Numbered from the stretch's first letter, positions 1 to 11,200 are shown. The stretch: 64,000 nt of DNA from Pseudomonadota bacterium (GCA_040384265.1 JAZKJM010000005.1:51166-115165), one strand, 5' to 3'. Numbers and translations are program-made. The notes: generated by a model from the sequence alone, not told the origin.

Positions 1-1421
1 CAAAAGCGAAATTCCGCCCGGAGAAAGTCTATAAGCTGATCCGCTCGAAGGCGTATCTGTTCAGCGGCGTCGAAATCCGCTGGAGCTGCGCGCCGGAATT
101 GCTCGGTGAAGGCAGCAAAGTCCCGGCATCGGAAATCATCCATTTCCCCGGCGGCCTTGGCGACTTTTTGACCATGGAGCTGGATGGCAAGCCGCTTGTC
201 ACCGAGCCGTTCAGCGGCGCGGCCGACCTTGCCGATGGCAAAGGCCGCATTGAATGGGCCATCGCCTGGCCGCGCGAGGACGAAGACGGCCACAGCTCGC
301 TGTTCTGCAACACCATTCCCACGCCCGAAGGCGGCACCCACGAGGCAGGCCTGCGCGCCGCCCTCACCAAAGGGTTGCGCACGCTGGGCGACATGACCAA
401 AAACAAGCGCGCCAGCACCATCATGGCGGATGACGTGATGCAGGGCGCCATTGTCATCATGTCGCTATTCATCAAGGAGCCGCAATTTCAGGGACAGACG
501 AAAGATAAACTCGTCAGCAACGACGCCACCCGGCTGGTTGAAGGCGCGCTGCGCGACCCGTTCGACCATTTCCTTTCCGCCAATCTTGAGCAAGGCAATG
601 CGCTGCTCAACCACATTATTTATAAAGCGGAAGAGCGCCTGCGCCGCCGTCAGGAAAAGAACGTCAAACGCCAGAATGTCACCTCGCGTCTGCGCCTGCC
701 CGGCAAGCTGGCCGATTGCACCCGCAGCATCCCCCAAGGCACCGAGCTGTTTTTGGTGGAAGGGGATTCGGCAGGCGGCTCCGCCAAGCAAGCGCGCGAG
801 CGCGAGACACAGGCGGTGCTGCCCTTACGCGGCAAAATCCTCAACGTGGCCAGCGCCACCATCGACAAAATCCGCGGCAACCAGGAGATTTCCGATCTCA
901 TGCAGGCGTTGGGTGTTTCCACCGGCAGCCAGTTCGACATTGCCGCGTTGCGTTACGAAAAAGTCGTCATCATGACCGATGCAGACGTCGATGGCGCGCA
1001 TATTGCCTCGTTGCTGATGACATTTTTCTATCAGGAAATGCCCAAGCTCATCAGCCACGGCCATCTCTATCTCGCGCAGCCGCCATTGTTCCGCATCATC
1101 GCCGGTGGCGTGACGTATTATGCGCAGACGGATGTCGAGAAGGATAAACTCGTCGCCCAGCTTGCCGTGAAACATAAAAGCAAAATCGAGATCGGCCGCT
1201 TCAAGGGCCTTGGCGAAATGACCGCCGCGCAGCTCAAGGAAACCACGATGGATCCGAAAAAGCGCACGCTGCTGAAAGTCGAAATCGCCCACGAGGATAT
1301 CGACGACACCGCCGAGCGGGTGAACCAGCTGATGGGCAAAAAACCGGAGCTGCGCTTCAAATTCATCCGCGAACAAACCGAGCTTTACGGCGATAAATTC
1401 CGCGAAGCGCTCGACGTTTAA
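1..1421 (+). CDS. parE: DNA topoisomerase IV subunit B, C-terminal part (5' end lies outside the window)
   Basis: Frame 3 is open from base 3. Toprim motif EGDSAGGSAKQARERETQAVLPLRGKILNV, PGKLADC, and an RFKGLGEMTAAQLKETTMDP tail that looks ParE-like rather than GyrB-like. Confidence 0.85.
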   Translation, partial: KAKFRPEKVYKLIRSKAYLFSGVEIRWSCAPELLGEGSKVPASEIIHFPGGLGDFLTMELDGKPLVTEPFSGAADLADGKGRIEWAIAWPREDEDGHSSLFCNTIPTPEGGTHEAGLRAALTKGLRTLGDMTKNKRASTIMADDVMQGAIVIMSLFIKEPQFQGQTKDKLVSNDATRLVEGALRDPFDHFLSANLEQGNALLNHIIYKAEERLRRRQEKNVKRQNVTSRLRLPGKLADCTRSIPQGTELFLVEGDSAGGSAKQARERETQAVLPLRGKILNVASATIDKIRGNQEISDLMQALGVSTGSQFDIAALRYEKVVIMTDADVDGAHIASLLMTFFYQEMPKLISHGHLYLAQPPLFRIIAGGVTYYAQTDVEKDKLVAQLAVKHKSKIEIGRFKGLGEMTAAQLKETTMDPKKRTLLKVEIAHEDIDDTAERVNQLMGKKPELRFKFIREQTELYGDKFREALDV

Positions 1422-2422
1422 GGCCGCAGCCCTGCCGTCACTTTCTTCATTGCGTTATGCTCGGTTTTCGGCAGTGGCAACAGGCCTTTCATGATGAGGT
1501 AGCCATCTTCGCCACTTGCTGCATCCGAGGTTAACTCGCGGGCGAATTCGCCCAGGCCCGCCACCGTTTTCAGGTGGGCGTCCTTCACATACACATACAG
1601 GCTGCGCGCGACATGGTAGTTGCCGCCTTCAATCGCCGCGTAGCTGGGCATCACCCCATCCACCGCGTTTGCCTTCACCAGCGCGGCGTTGGATTCGAGG
1701 AAGCTGTAACCAAACACGCCCAGCGCGCCAGGGTTATTAATCAGCTTCTGCACGATCAAATTATCGTCCTCACCCGCTTCGATGAAAACGCCGTCCTCGC
1801 GCATCGTCATGCAGCGGTGTTTCAGCGTTTCGCGGTCGCTGACCAGCGCTTTCATTTCCGTCACCAGCGCGCAGCCCTCGCCCATCACCAGCTCGGAAAA
1901 CGCATCCCGCGTGCCGGAGCTGGGCGGTGGGCCATAGACCTCGATCGGGCTATCAGGCAGGCTAGCGTCGATCTGTTGCCAACGCGTGTAGGGGTTGGCG
2001 ATAAGTTTGCCGTCGCGCGGCACATCACGCGCCAGCGCCAGAAAAAGAATGCGCCGCGTCAGCGGAAACGCTGTGGCCTCGCGCGCGTTTGCGAGCACAA
2101 TGCCATCAAAGCCAATCCTGATTTCAGTGATGGCGCTGACGCCCTTGCTGGCGCATTGCGCCACTTCGGAATCCTTGATCGGCCGCGAGGCGTTCACCAT
2201 ATCCGGATAATCTGCGCCGACGCCCTCGCAGAACATTTTGATGCCGCCGCCGGTGCCGGTTGCTTCTACAATTGGGGTGCGGAACAGCCCGCCGCGGCCG
2301 AATTGCTCCGCTGCCGCCGCCACAAAGGGAAACACAGTTGAGGAGCCAACGATACGCAGTTGATCGCGCGCATGCGCGGTCATGGGCAGCGCCAATAACA
2401 ACATGCATAACCACTTAGCCAT
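1418..2422 (-). CDS. PstS-family periplasmic phosphate-binding protein (orphan, no pstCAB nearby)
   Basis: Signal peptide MAKWLCMLLLALPMTAHA followed by QLRIVGSSTVFPF and GTGGGIK motifs of the PBP-2/PstS family. Start set at ATG 2422. Its stop overlaps the parE stop. Confidence 0.7.
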   Translation of the reverse strand: MAKWLCMLLLALPMTAHARDQLRIVGSSTVFPFVAAAAEQFGRGGLFRTPIVEATGTGGGIKMFCEGVGADYPDMVNASRPIKDSEVAQCASKGVSAITEIRIGFDGIVLANAREATAFPLTRRILFLALARDVPRDGKLIANPYTRWQQIDASLPDSPIEVYGPPPSSGTRDAFSELVMGEGCALVTEMKALVSDRETLKHRCMTMREDGVFIEAGEDDNLIVQKLINNPGALGVFGYSFLESNAALVKANAVDGVMPSYAAIEGGNYHVARSLYVYVKDAHLKTVAGLGEFARELTSDAASGEDGYLIMKGLLPLPKTEHNAMKKVTAGLRP

Positions 2423-3059
2423 GGAGTAGTTTCTCAACTTCTTCGGGGGATAATTTCACGTCAGCATCAATCGGAGCTGCAGATTCGGATGGAAACATCT
2501 CCGCGGCCATGCGGGTGATTTTTTCTTCCGTTGAGAGCGATTCCTCAGGCACGGGCTCGGGTGGTGCCGGGCGCGGAGCTTCGGCAATGGCTTCCACCTG
2601 CGCCACGGTTGCGGCGACGGATTTGGCATGATCCTCGATGATCTGGCTAATCAACTCCGGCGGCAGGATGCGGGCGCGCTTCAGCCCGTTACCCTGCAAA
2701 TCACCGATGGCCATGGGCTGGAACAGCGAGGCCTTCACTTCATTCTGCGGCGCCATTTCGGTGGTGAGCGACCCATTGCCCGCCTTGCGCGTGGTGGGAA
2801 TGCTGATGCGCTCATCCGACGGCTGCACGGCGGCCATTTTGCGTGCTTCCACCGCGATGCCCTCAGTCGGCAAATCGCGTACGATTTTATGAGGTTTTTT
2901 TACGCCCGAAACCCGCACTGCCATCAACGCGCTTTCGGCGATCACCGCGATAAATTCGCTCGGCGTGCTATAGACACGGTAGCGCACTTTGTCGGCGTCC
3001 GTCACCGTCGCCCGGCGCACGGCGATCGATTCAATCCCCTGTGCGGGCGATTTCAGCAT
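2415..3059 (-). CDS. hypothetical protein
   Basis: 214-aa ORF with GC-rich third positions like its neighbours and an 8-nt overlap with the downstream gene. No domain recognised. Pro/Glu-rich C-terminal half. Confidence 0.5.
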   Translation of the reverse strand: MLKSPAQGIESIAVRRATVTDADKVRYRVYSTPSEFIAVIAESALMAVRVSGVKKPHKIVRDLPTEGIAVEARKMAAVQPSDERISIPTTRKAGNGSLTTEMAPQNEVKASLFQPMAIGDLQGNGLKRARILPPELISQIIEDHAKSVAATVAQVEAIAEAPRPAPPEPVPEESLSTEEKITRMAAEMFPSESAAPIDADVKLSPEEVEKLLHG

Positions 3060-3122
3060 TCACCCATCCCTGTGGCAACGTTGTGTAAGTTCATGACTAA
3101 AATATAACAGGCTGTCCGCCGC

Positions 3123-4379
3123 TTAGCCATGGTTTTTCAGCACTTCCCCAGCCAGGAACAGCGATCCGGCGATGAGTAGTGTCCCTTCTGCACTGGTCAG
3201 CAAGGCAGCAGGCGCATCCGCAAGCGTTGCCACCGCAACGCCACGGCCACCGGCGAAGGCGAGCAGCTCTTGCGGCGTGTAGCAGTCATTATCTGCAATC
3301 GGCACCGTGATGAGGCCACGAATCACATCCATCAGCGGTGCCAAAAACGCCTGTGCGTCCTTGCGGGCCATCATGCCCAGCAGCAGCGTCACCGGCGCGT
3401 GCTGCGTGTCGATCCATGCCCGCAATGCCCGCGCGGCGCTGGGGTTGTGGCCGCCATCCAGCATCACCGCGCCGCGCGCGCCCCATGCTTGCACCAGCGG
3501 TCCATAGGTGAGGCGCTGCAAGCGCGCGGGCCAGTGGGCGGTGGCTACGCCGTCGCGCATCTGCGCATCGTTCACCGGCAATGTGCCGCGCCGAACGATC
3601 AAGCTCGCGAGCGCCGCGTTGTGGCACTGGTGCGCGCCCTCCAGCGCAGGCAGCGGCAAAGTCCAGCTGTCGGCACCGGCGGTGACGGTGATGCCATCCG
3701 CGCCCACCACATAAGTCAGCAGGTGCAGCGGCGCGCCGTGTTGCTGGGCGATACGGGCGATAACTGCCATCGCCTCGGCCGGTTGCGCACCCACTGCGCA
3801 TGGCACGCTGGGCTTTATGATGCCTGCTTTTTCCTGCGCAATGGCAGCGAGCGAATCGCCGAGGAATTCCATGTGGTCGTAATCAATCGGCGTGATCGCG
3901 CTCATCATCGGCGCGGCGACGACATTGGTCGCATCCAACCGCCCGCCGAGGCCGGTTTCGAGCAGCACCACGTCTGCCGGGTGCTGCTCGAAGGCGAGCA
4001 GCGCGGCGGCCGTGGTTGCTTCGAAAAACGTCACTGGAATATCCTTCGCGGCGGCGCTCACCTGCTCCAACAGCGGCAGCAGGGTGGAATCGTCAATCTC
4101 CTGCCCCGACAGCAGTATCCGCTCATTGAAACGCACCAGATGCGGCGAGGTGTAGGCATGCACGCGGTAGCCCGCTGCGGCATAGATCGCCCGCACATAG
4201 GCAAGCGTTGAGCCCTTGCCATTGGTGCCCGCAATGTGAATGACCGGCGGCAACTGTTCCTGCGGGTTGCCAAGTGCTGCCAGCAACTGCCACATGCGCT
4301 CCAGCGATAAATCAATCCCCGGCAGCGATGGGTTGTTCAGCGCCGAGAGCAGCGCCGCGATGCGCGGGTTCAGGTGCAT
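3123..4379 (-). CDS. folC: bifunctional folylpolyglutamate synthase / dihydrofolate synthase
   Basis: 418 aa with the Mur-ligase P-loop HIAGTNGKGST. Overlaps the folP stop by 10 nt. Confidence 0.85.
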   Translation of the reverse strand: MHLNPRIAALLSALNNPSLPGIDLSLERMWQLLAALGNPQEQLPPVIHIAGTNGKGSTLAYVRAIYAAAGYRVHAYTSPHLVRFNERILLSGQEIDDSTLLPLLEQVSAAAKDIPVTFFEATTAAALLAFEQHPADVVLLETGLGGRLDATNVVAAPMMSAITPIDYDHMEFLGDSLAAIAQEKAGIIKPSVPCAVGAQPAEAMAVIARIAQQHGAPLHLLTYVVGADGITVTAGADSWTLPLPALEGAHQCHNAALASLIVRRGTLPVNDAQMRDGVATAHWPARLQRLTYGPLVQAWGARGAVMLDGGHNPSAARALRAWIDTQHAPVTLLLGMMARKDAQAFLAPLMDVIRGLITVPIADNDCYTPQELLAFAGGRGVAVATLADAPAALLTSAEGTLLIAGSLFLAGEVLKNHG

Positions 4380-5152
4380 AGCGCGTCAAACATCGCGCGG
4401 TGGCCTGCCACATCATGCACCCGCAGGTAATCGACCCCTGCCCCCGCCAGCACGGACGAAAACGCGCGTGTCACCTCGTCACGCTGCGGTGCATCCACCG
4501 GTGTCACGGTGCGAATGAAGGATTTACGCGAATGGCCAAAAAGCCAGCGCCCATGCGTCGCCACCAGCTCGCCGCTACGCAGGATCAATTCCAGCGATTG
4601 CCTGGCCGTTTTGCCAAAGCCGATGCCGGGATCAAAAATCAGCCGCTCGGCGCCGATGCCTTGCGCCTGCGCGGCTTCCATCATGGCCGCCTTCCACGCC
4701 AGCACCACCGCGATAGGGTCGCCCGTAAGCGTCACTGCTGGGTCGGGCGGCACACCGAGCGCGTGCATCACCACCATATCGCACGGATGCTCGCGCAGCA
4801 GGTCGCCCATCGCCGCATCCATGCAGCCGCTGACATCGTTGATGATATCGAGCCCAAATGCGAGCGCCTTGCGTGCCGTTTCGGCATGGCGCGTATCGAG
4901 GCTGAGGCGCACTTTTGGCCGCCATGATTGGGCGTGGATGCCCTGCAGCACCGGCTCCAGCCGCGCCCATTCTTCATCCGGCGTCAGCAGCACGGCACCG
5001 GGCCGGGTGGATTCCGCGCCAATATCGAGAATATCCGCGCCGGTATGGGCGAGCATTTCCGCATGGGCGATAGCGGCGCGATCCATCCGCCCGCCATCGG
5101 AAAAGGAATCCGGCGTTACGTTGACAATGCCGATGAGGGCGGGCCGCTTCAC
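4370..5152 (-). CDS. folP: dihydropteroate synthase
   Basis: 260 aa with pterin-binding motifs GIVNVTPDSFSDGG, DIGAESTRPG and INDVSG. Confidence 0.9.
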   Translation of the reverse strand: MKRPALIGIVNVTPDSFSDGGRMDRAAIAHAEMLAHTGADILDIGAESTRPGAVLLTPDEEWARLEPVLQGIHAQSWRPKVRLSLDTRHAETARKALAFGLDIINDVSGCMDAAMGDLLREHPCDMVVMHALGVPPDPAVTLTGDPIAVVLAWKAAMMEAAQAQGIGAERLIFDPGIGFGKTARQSLELILRSGELVATHGRWLFGHSRKSFIRTVTPVDAPQRDEVTRAFSSVLAGAGVDYLRVHDVAGHRAMFDALCT

Positions 5153-5616
5153 CCGCGCAGCTCCGCCAGCAGCTCGCTTGCGGTTTTGTCGAATACCGGG
5201 TGGCGCCAGTGCGGCGCGATTTCGAGGATGGGCGTGAGCACAAAATCGCGGCTATCCAGCTGCGGGTGCGGCAGAGTGAGCATGTCGCTCACCATCAGCA
5301 TGTCCTCGTAGGCGAGAATATCGATATCGATCTCGCGCGGTGCCCAGCGTGCGGTGGGCTTGCGGCCCAGCTCCTGCTCGATATGTTTGATGCAGGCCAG
5401 CAGCTCCTCGGGCGCGAAATCCGTACGCACGGCCAACACCTGGTTGAGATAGGGGATATGCCAGTCCGCGGGCGCGCCTTCAGGCACCAGTGCCGGGGTT
5501 TCGATGATGCTCGATTCCGCCAGCACATCCACATCGAACGCCAGCAGCGCCATGCGCGCCTGCGCCAGAAAATCCGCGCGATCACCAAGGTTACTGCCAA
5601 GCCCGAGCAAAATCAT
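5149..5616 (-). CDS. folK: 2-amino-4-hydroxy-6-hydroxymethyldihydropteridine diphosphokinase
   Basis: MILLGLGSNLGDR N-terminus and LTLPHPQL motif of HPPK. Start set at the internal ATG 5616. ATGA overlap with the folP start. Confidence 0.85.
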   Translation of the reverse strand: MILLGLGSNLGDRADFLAQARMALLAFDVDVLAESSIIETPALVPEGAPADWHIPYLNQVLAVRTDFAPEELLACIKHIEQELGRKPTARWAPREIDIDILAYEDMLMVSDMLTLPHPQLDSRDFVLTPILEIAPHWRHPVFDKTASELLAELRG

Positions 5617-5624
5617 GATGCCCC

Positions 5625-6035
5625 CTAATCGAGCGGCGCGACGGTGGCACCGGCTGGAACATCGCAATGGGTGAACGACGCGCCGCCCGTCAGACCCGGC
5701 ACCGGCGCGGCGATTTTATTCAGCCGCAGCCACAGCTTGATATGCTCGCCGCCGCGCGCATCGATTACGCTGCGCAAATGGCGAAAAACGTCCGACGCCA
5801 TGAACTCCACCAACTTAAACTCGCGTGCCTCGACATAATCCTGCAGCAGCTTGCACAGCATGCCGTAATCGAAGAAATCCGCTTCATCGTTCAGCGCACA
5901 GGCTGGTGCTTCCGGGAAATACAGGCGGAAGCAAATTTCGATCGGCTGCGGCTTGGCGCGCTCTCCATTATAAAAACCGATATGCGCCGCCAGCGTCAGC
6001 CGGTTCACCGAAAGCATATGCGCGAAATGGGCCAT
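5625..6035 (-). CDS. folB: dihydroneopterin aldolase-like protein
   Basis: About 136 aa from ATG 6035 (MAHFAHMLSVNRLTLAAHIGFYNGERAKPQPIEI...), FolB size, directly upstream of folK. The Arg/Cys-rich upstream part of the 199-aa ORF looks non-coding. Confidence 0.65.
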   Translation of the reverse strand: MAHFAHMLSVNRLTLAAHIGFYNGERAKPQPIEICFRLYFPEAPACALNDEADFFDYGMLCKLLQDYVEAREFKLVEFMASDVFRHLRSVIDARGGEHIKLWLRLNKIAAPVPGLTGGASFTHCDVPAGATVAPLD

Positions 6036-6096
6036 GGGATCCTCCGGCGATGAATTACAGCGTGTCATGGCGCAAAAAACGCTGTAAAGCAAGCCA

Positions 6097-6939
6097 ATGC
6101 AGAACCGTATCCTATGCCTCAACGGCGCATTCCTGCCCACGCGCGAGGGCGTTGTGCCCGTCGCCGACCGCGGCTTTCGCTTTGGCGATGGGCTGTTTGA
6201 GACTATCTTCCTGCAGGCGGGCACGCCCTATCAGTGGGCGTTTCACCTCGCCCGGCTGGCACAGGGGCTCAGCGCCTTGCGCATCACACCGCCGGTGGTG
6301 GATTGGGCCGCCATCGCCCGCGAGCTTATTGCCAAAAACGCCATCAGCGACGGTTTTTTGCGCATCGCCATCAGCCGTGGCAGCGGTAGCAAGGGCTACC
6401 TGCCGACCGGTGACAGCCCGACATGGGTCATGGAAATCCTCGACCTTGCCGACTTGCCCGCCGCCCCTGCACGGCTCTGGCTCAGCAGCCTGCCGCGCAT
6501 TCCGCCCGCCTGTTTGCCGGTAAACCAGAAGCTCGCGCATGGCATTAACAGCACCCTCGCCGTGCTCGAGGCGCGCGACCAGGGTTGCGACGAAGCACTC
6601 CAGCTCACCCTCAGCGGCGCACTGTGCGAAGCCGCCAGCGCCAACTTGTTTTGGGTCAGCAACGGCGCGCTGCACACCCCGGCGCTTGCCACCGGTTGCC
6701 TCAACGGCTCCACCCGCGCCGCCATCCTGCGCCTTGCGCCAGTGCGCGAAGTGATCGCGGATATCACAGCGCTTAAAACGGCGGAAGCGGTGTTCATTAC
6801 CAACTGCCGCCTTGGCATCTGGCCGGTCGCGCACATACAGCCGCTCGGGCTCAACTTCAATGCCTCGCACCAAGCCATCGCCCCGCTGCAAGCCGCGCTT
6901 GCCGCCGACCGCGCCGTGGCCACATGGCCCGCCGCATGA
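6097..6939 (+). CDS. pabC: aminodeoxychorismate lyase (class IV aminotransferase fold)
   Basis: 280 aa with FRFGDGLFET and class-IV PLP-enzyme architecture. Its 3' end overlaps the pabB start by 16 nt. Confidence 0.7.
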   Translation: MQNRILCLNGAFLPTREGVVPVADRGFRFGDGLFETIFLQAGTPYQWAFHLARLAQGLSALRITPPVVDWAAIARELIAKNAISDGFLRIAISRGSGSKGYLPTGDSPTWVMEILDLADLPAAPARLWLSSLPRIPPACLPVNQKLAHGINSTLAVLEARDQGCDEALQLTLSGALCEAASANLFWVSNGALHTPALATGCLNGSTRAAILRLAPVREVIADITALKTAEAVFITNCRLGIWPVAHIQPLGLNFNASHQAIAPLQAALAADRAVATWPAA

Positions 6940-8210
6940 GCTGGCAGCCCCTCGCACCGCTGCCCTGGGAGGAGCCGCTGGCTTTTGCTGCTCGCTTCAG
7001 CGGCCGTGATTTGTCATTCCTTTATTCCGCCCTGCATGAGCGCTTTAGCGGCGATTACAGCTACCTACTGGTCGATCCCGTCGAGGTCGTTAGCGGCGAT
7101 GGCTGGGACGCGCTGCCCACGCTGCCCGCGGAAGATGACGGGCTGCCGCTCTGGGTGGGCTATCTCGGCTACGGCCTGCGCGAATGCGCCGCACGCGGCA
7201 CGCCCAGCACCATCGCCCTGCCGGATTTTGCGCTGATCCGCTATGCTCATCTGTTCCGCTTCCACCACCCCTCGCAAACGCTCGAAGCCTTCTCGCATGA
7301 TGGCACCGCCTGCGATATTCCCGCCGCCGCTAAGCCCGCCAGCGGCAGCACTGCCGTGCGTCGGCTCGGCTCCAACCTCAGTCGCCGGGCCTATGAATCC
7401 ATCGTCAGCGACAGCATCGCCCGCATCCATAAAGGTGATTTTTATCAGGCCAACATCACCCGCAAATTCTTCGGCGATTTTGCCACCACGCCCGATAGCT
7501 GGCGCATTTTCAGCGCCCTCACCAGCGCCAGCCCGGCGCCTTACAGCGCCTATATCCGCCACGGCGAGGCCGCGATCCTCTCCTCCAGCCCCGAATGTTT
7601 TTTGAGCGTGGATGCGGCTGGCACCATCACCACCCGCCCCATCAAAGGCTCCGCCCGCCGCAGCGCGGATGCGGTGGAGGACGAAAAAATCCAGCAGCAG
7701 CTGCAAACCAGCGCCAAAAACCACGCCGAAAACCTGATGATTGTCGACCTCATGCGCAACGACCTGGCGCGGGTGAGCGACACGGGCTCCGTCCACGTCA
7801 CCGAGCAATCAGCGCTTTATTCCTACGCGACGATTCACCATCTCATCTCCACCATCCAGTCGCAAAAGCGGGCGGATATATCGGTTTATGACGTGGTGCG
7901 CGCCTGCTTCCCCGCGGGCTCCATGACCGGCGCGCCGAAAATCGCGGCGATGGAATGGTGCGCGGCGCAGGAGAAAATCGAGCGCGGTGTTTATAGTGGC
8001 GCGATTGGCTGGTTCGGCGGTGGGCAACGCTGCGATTTATCGGTCGTCATCCGCACGCTCATTATCGAAGGCAGCCGTTTTGAATTTCAGGTCGGCGGCG
8101 GCATTGTGGCGGATTCCACCCCGGCGGAGGAATGGCGCGAAACCATCACCAAAGCTCGCGGCATCCTGCGCGCGCTGGGGTTGACTGAGGATGATCTGGC
8201 CGCGATTTAG
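6924..8210 (+). CDS. pabB: aminodeoxychorismate synthase component I
   Basis: 428-aa chorismate-binding enzyme with SPECFL, PIKGSARR, GSMTGAPK and GGGIVADS motifs. Adjacent to pabC. Confidence 0.8.
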   Translation: MARRMSWQPLAPLPWEEPLAFAARFSGRDLSFLYSALHERFSGDYSYLLVDPVEVVSGDGWDALPTLPAEDDGLPLWVGYLGYGLRECAARGTPSTIALPDFALIRYAHLFRFHHPSQTLEAFSHDGTACDIPAAAKPASGSTAVRRLGSNLSRRAYESIVSDSIARIHKGDFYQANITRKFFGDFATTPDSWRIFSALTSASPAPYSAYIRHGEAAILSSSPECFLSVDAAGTITTRPIKGSARRSADAVEDEKIQQQLQTSAKNHAENLMIVDLMRNDLARVSDTGSVHVTEQSALYSYATIHHLISTIQSQKRADISVYDVVRACFPAGSMTGAPKIAAMEWCAAQEKIERGVYSGAIGWFGGGQRCDLSVVIRTLIIEGSRFEFQVGGGIVADSTPAEEWRETITKARGILRALGLTEDDLAAI

Positions 8211-11200
8211 GCCGCTTCCGCCACCACGCCGTTTAACTCCTGCATCTGCATCAGCTCGGCCGTTGCCACCGCATAGCATCCCGGCAATTGCAATTTCACA
8301 ATGCCGGTGGGCACCTGCACCAGCAGCTCCACCTTCGCACCGCGATCCTTCGGCGCACCAAGCATGGTTTTGAAGCGGGCAAGGTCGTCGATCTCCTCCA
8401 CCGTCACGCTCAGCGATGCGGCTTTTACGCCGCCTGCCACCACATCCAGCGGTTCGATTTTATTGACCAGCACCCGCTGGCCGCGCTCGCTTTGGCGCAC
8501 ATCAACATATAAAAACAGCGCCACGCCGGTTTTCAGCAATGTGTGATGCTGGTTGAGCAACGACTCATCGAACACCGCCACCTCATATTGCCCATGCGCA
8601 TCCGAAAGCGTGAGGAATGCTGAGCGCCCGCGCGGCGAGCTGCGCATTTTGTTGCCAATTAAAATCCCCGTCAGCTTCAGCGTCTGCTTATCGGGCAGCG
8701 GCGTCAGCAAACGGCTGGAGGGCGAAACGCCGAGCTTCTTGAACACCGGCGCATAGGGCTCGAGCGGGTGGGCCGAGAGGTAAAACCCAATCGCCGAACA
8801 TTCGAGGTTGAGCTTATCGATCACCACCCATTCATCCACGACTTTCAGCGCGCGACGGTTGAGGGCCTGCGCCACTTCGCCGCCAAACAGGCTGACCTGC
8901 GCGCTGCTGCGGTCTTCCGTCGCGTGCTGGGCCGAGGCCATCAGCATATCGATGGATTCAAACAGCTGACGACGGTTGGGCGAGAGGGAATCGAACACGC
9001 CGGCGATGACCAAATGCTCCAGCTGGCGCTTGTTCATCACGCTCGCATCCACCCGCTGGGCGAAATCATGGATGTCCTTAAACGGCCCGGCCGCCTCGCG
9101 CTCAGCGACAATCGCCGCCATCGCCCCGGCGCCGACATTTTTGATCGCAGCCAGTGCGTAGCGCACCGCCAGCTTGCCATCCGCCTGTTTCTCGACCGAG
9201 AATTCCACCTGCGAGGCATTGATATCCGGCGGCAACAGGGCGATGCCGAATTTCTTGGCCTCGCCCGCGAATTGGCTCAGTTTATCGGTCGAGCCGCTTT
9301 CGTAGGTCATGGAGGCCGCCATGAACTCAACCGGGTAATTGGCTTTCAGGTAAGCGGTCTGGTAGGCAATCACCGCATAGGCCGCCGCGTGCGATTTGTT
9401 GAAACCATAGCCCGCGAATTTCGCTACGAGATCGAAAATCGAGGATGACTGGGCCTTGGGCACATTATTCTTGGTCGCGCCTTCGACGAATAACGCGCGC
9501 TGCGCATCCATCTCCGCCTTGATTTTTTTACCCATCGCGCGCCGCAGTAAATCCGCACCACCGAGCGTGTAGCCCGAGAGCACCTGCGCAATTTTCTGCA
9601 CCTGCTCCTGATAAATAATAACGCCATAGGTCTCGCGCAGCACCGGCTCCAGCAGCGGGTGCAGGTAATCCGCCTTCGCGCGCCCATGCTTCACCTCGAT
9701 ATAGGTCGGGATGTTATCCATCGGGCCTGGGCGGTAAAGTGCGCCGAGTGCGATCAGATCCTCAATCGAATCGGGCCGCAGGTTTTTCAGCGCCTCGCGC
9801 ATGCCCGCCGATTCGAACTGGAACACGCCCAGCGTGTCGCCTTTGCTCAGCATCGCATAGGTTTTTTTGTCGCCCTCGGGCAGCGTCAGCAAATCAAGCT
9901 GGGTGCCTTGCGCGGCGATGAAATCGACCGCTTTTTGCAAAATGCTGAGCGTGCGCAGGCCAAGGAAATCGAACTTCACCAAACCCGCGGCTTCGGCCCA
10001 TTTCATCGAATATTGCACCACCAGCATATCCGATTTCGGATCGCGGTACATCGGCGTCAGCTCGACCAGCGGCCGGTCGCCGATCACCACGCCCGCCGCA
10101 TGGGTCGAGGCGTGGCGGTAGAGCCCTTCCAGCTTCAGCGCCAGACCGACGAGATGCTCGACACTCTCGTCATCATCAATCGCCTGTTTGAGCATGGGTT
10201 CGAGCTTGATTGCCTCTTCCAGCGTGCAGGGCTGGGCCGGGTTGTTGGGCACCAATTTACAAATCCGGTCCACCTGCGAATAGGGCATTTGCAGCACCCG
10301 GCCAACATCGCGCAGCACCGCGCGCGCCTGCAATTTCCCGAAAGTGATGATGGATGCGACCCGGTCGTCGCCATATTTTTCGCGGACGTAATGGATGACC
10401 TTCTCGCGCCCGTCCTGGCAGAAATCGATATCGAAATCGGGCATGGAGACACGTTCAGGGTTCAGGAACCGCTCGAACAGCAGGCCATAGCGCAGCGGGT
10501 CAAGATCCGTAATCAGCAGCACCCAGGCGACGATGGAGCCCGCGCCCGACCCCCGGCCCGGCCCGACCGGGATGCCTTGGGTTTTCGCCCAGGAAATAAA
10601 ATCCGATACGATGAGGAAATAGCCCGGAAATTTCATCGTGATGATGACATCCAGCTCGAACTCGAGCCGCTCGCGGTATGGCGTGGCGATGCGCGTTTTT
10701 TCCTCGTCGCTCATGTCCGGCGTGAACACCAGTTTCTCAAGCCGCGCCTGCAACCCGGCGCGCGCCTTCACTCCCAGCGCCTCGGATTCGCTGAGCACGT
10801 TGCCCTGCGCATCTTCCATGTGGAAGCCCGGCAGAATCGGCGTGCGCGAGGGCGCCCATATGTGGCAGCGCCTGGCGATATTGAGCGTGTTTTCGAGCGC
10901 TTCGGGAATATCGCGGAACAGCAGTTTCATTTCGCTGGTGGTTTTGAAGCGGTGCTCCGCATTCATTTTCGGGCGGTCGGTTTCGGTCACGTAGCGGCCA
11001 TCCGCCACGCAGAGCAGCGCGTCATGCGCCTCGACCATTTTGGCATCGGCGAAATAGATGTTGTTGGTGCCGACGAGTGGAATATTGTGCGCCAGCGCCG
11101 CGTCGATCTGCATGCGCTCGATCTGGCGCTCTTCCGCCAGCTGGTGGCGCGTCAGCTCGATATAGAGCCGGTCACCGAAACATTCGCGCAGGCGCATCAG

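Noticed and set aside
1-1421. Calling the first gene gyrB
   Set aside because: The C-terminal RFKGLGEM..QLKETTMDP pattern and the short tail fit ParE better. Without the N-terminal half this rests on motif memory only, so some uncertainty remains.
5625-6224. Full 199-aa version of the folB ORF
   Set aside because: The first 63 codons are Arg/Cys/Ser-rich and would overlap the pabC start region. ATG 6035 gives a FolB-sized product and leaves a sensible divergent promoter spacer.
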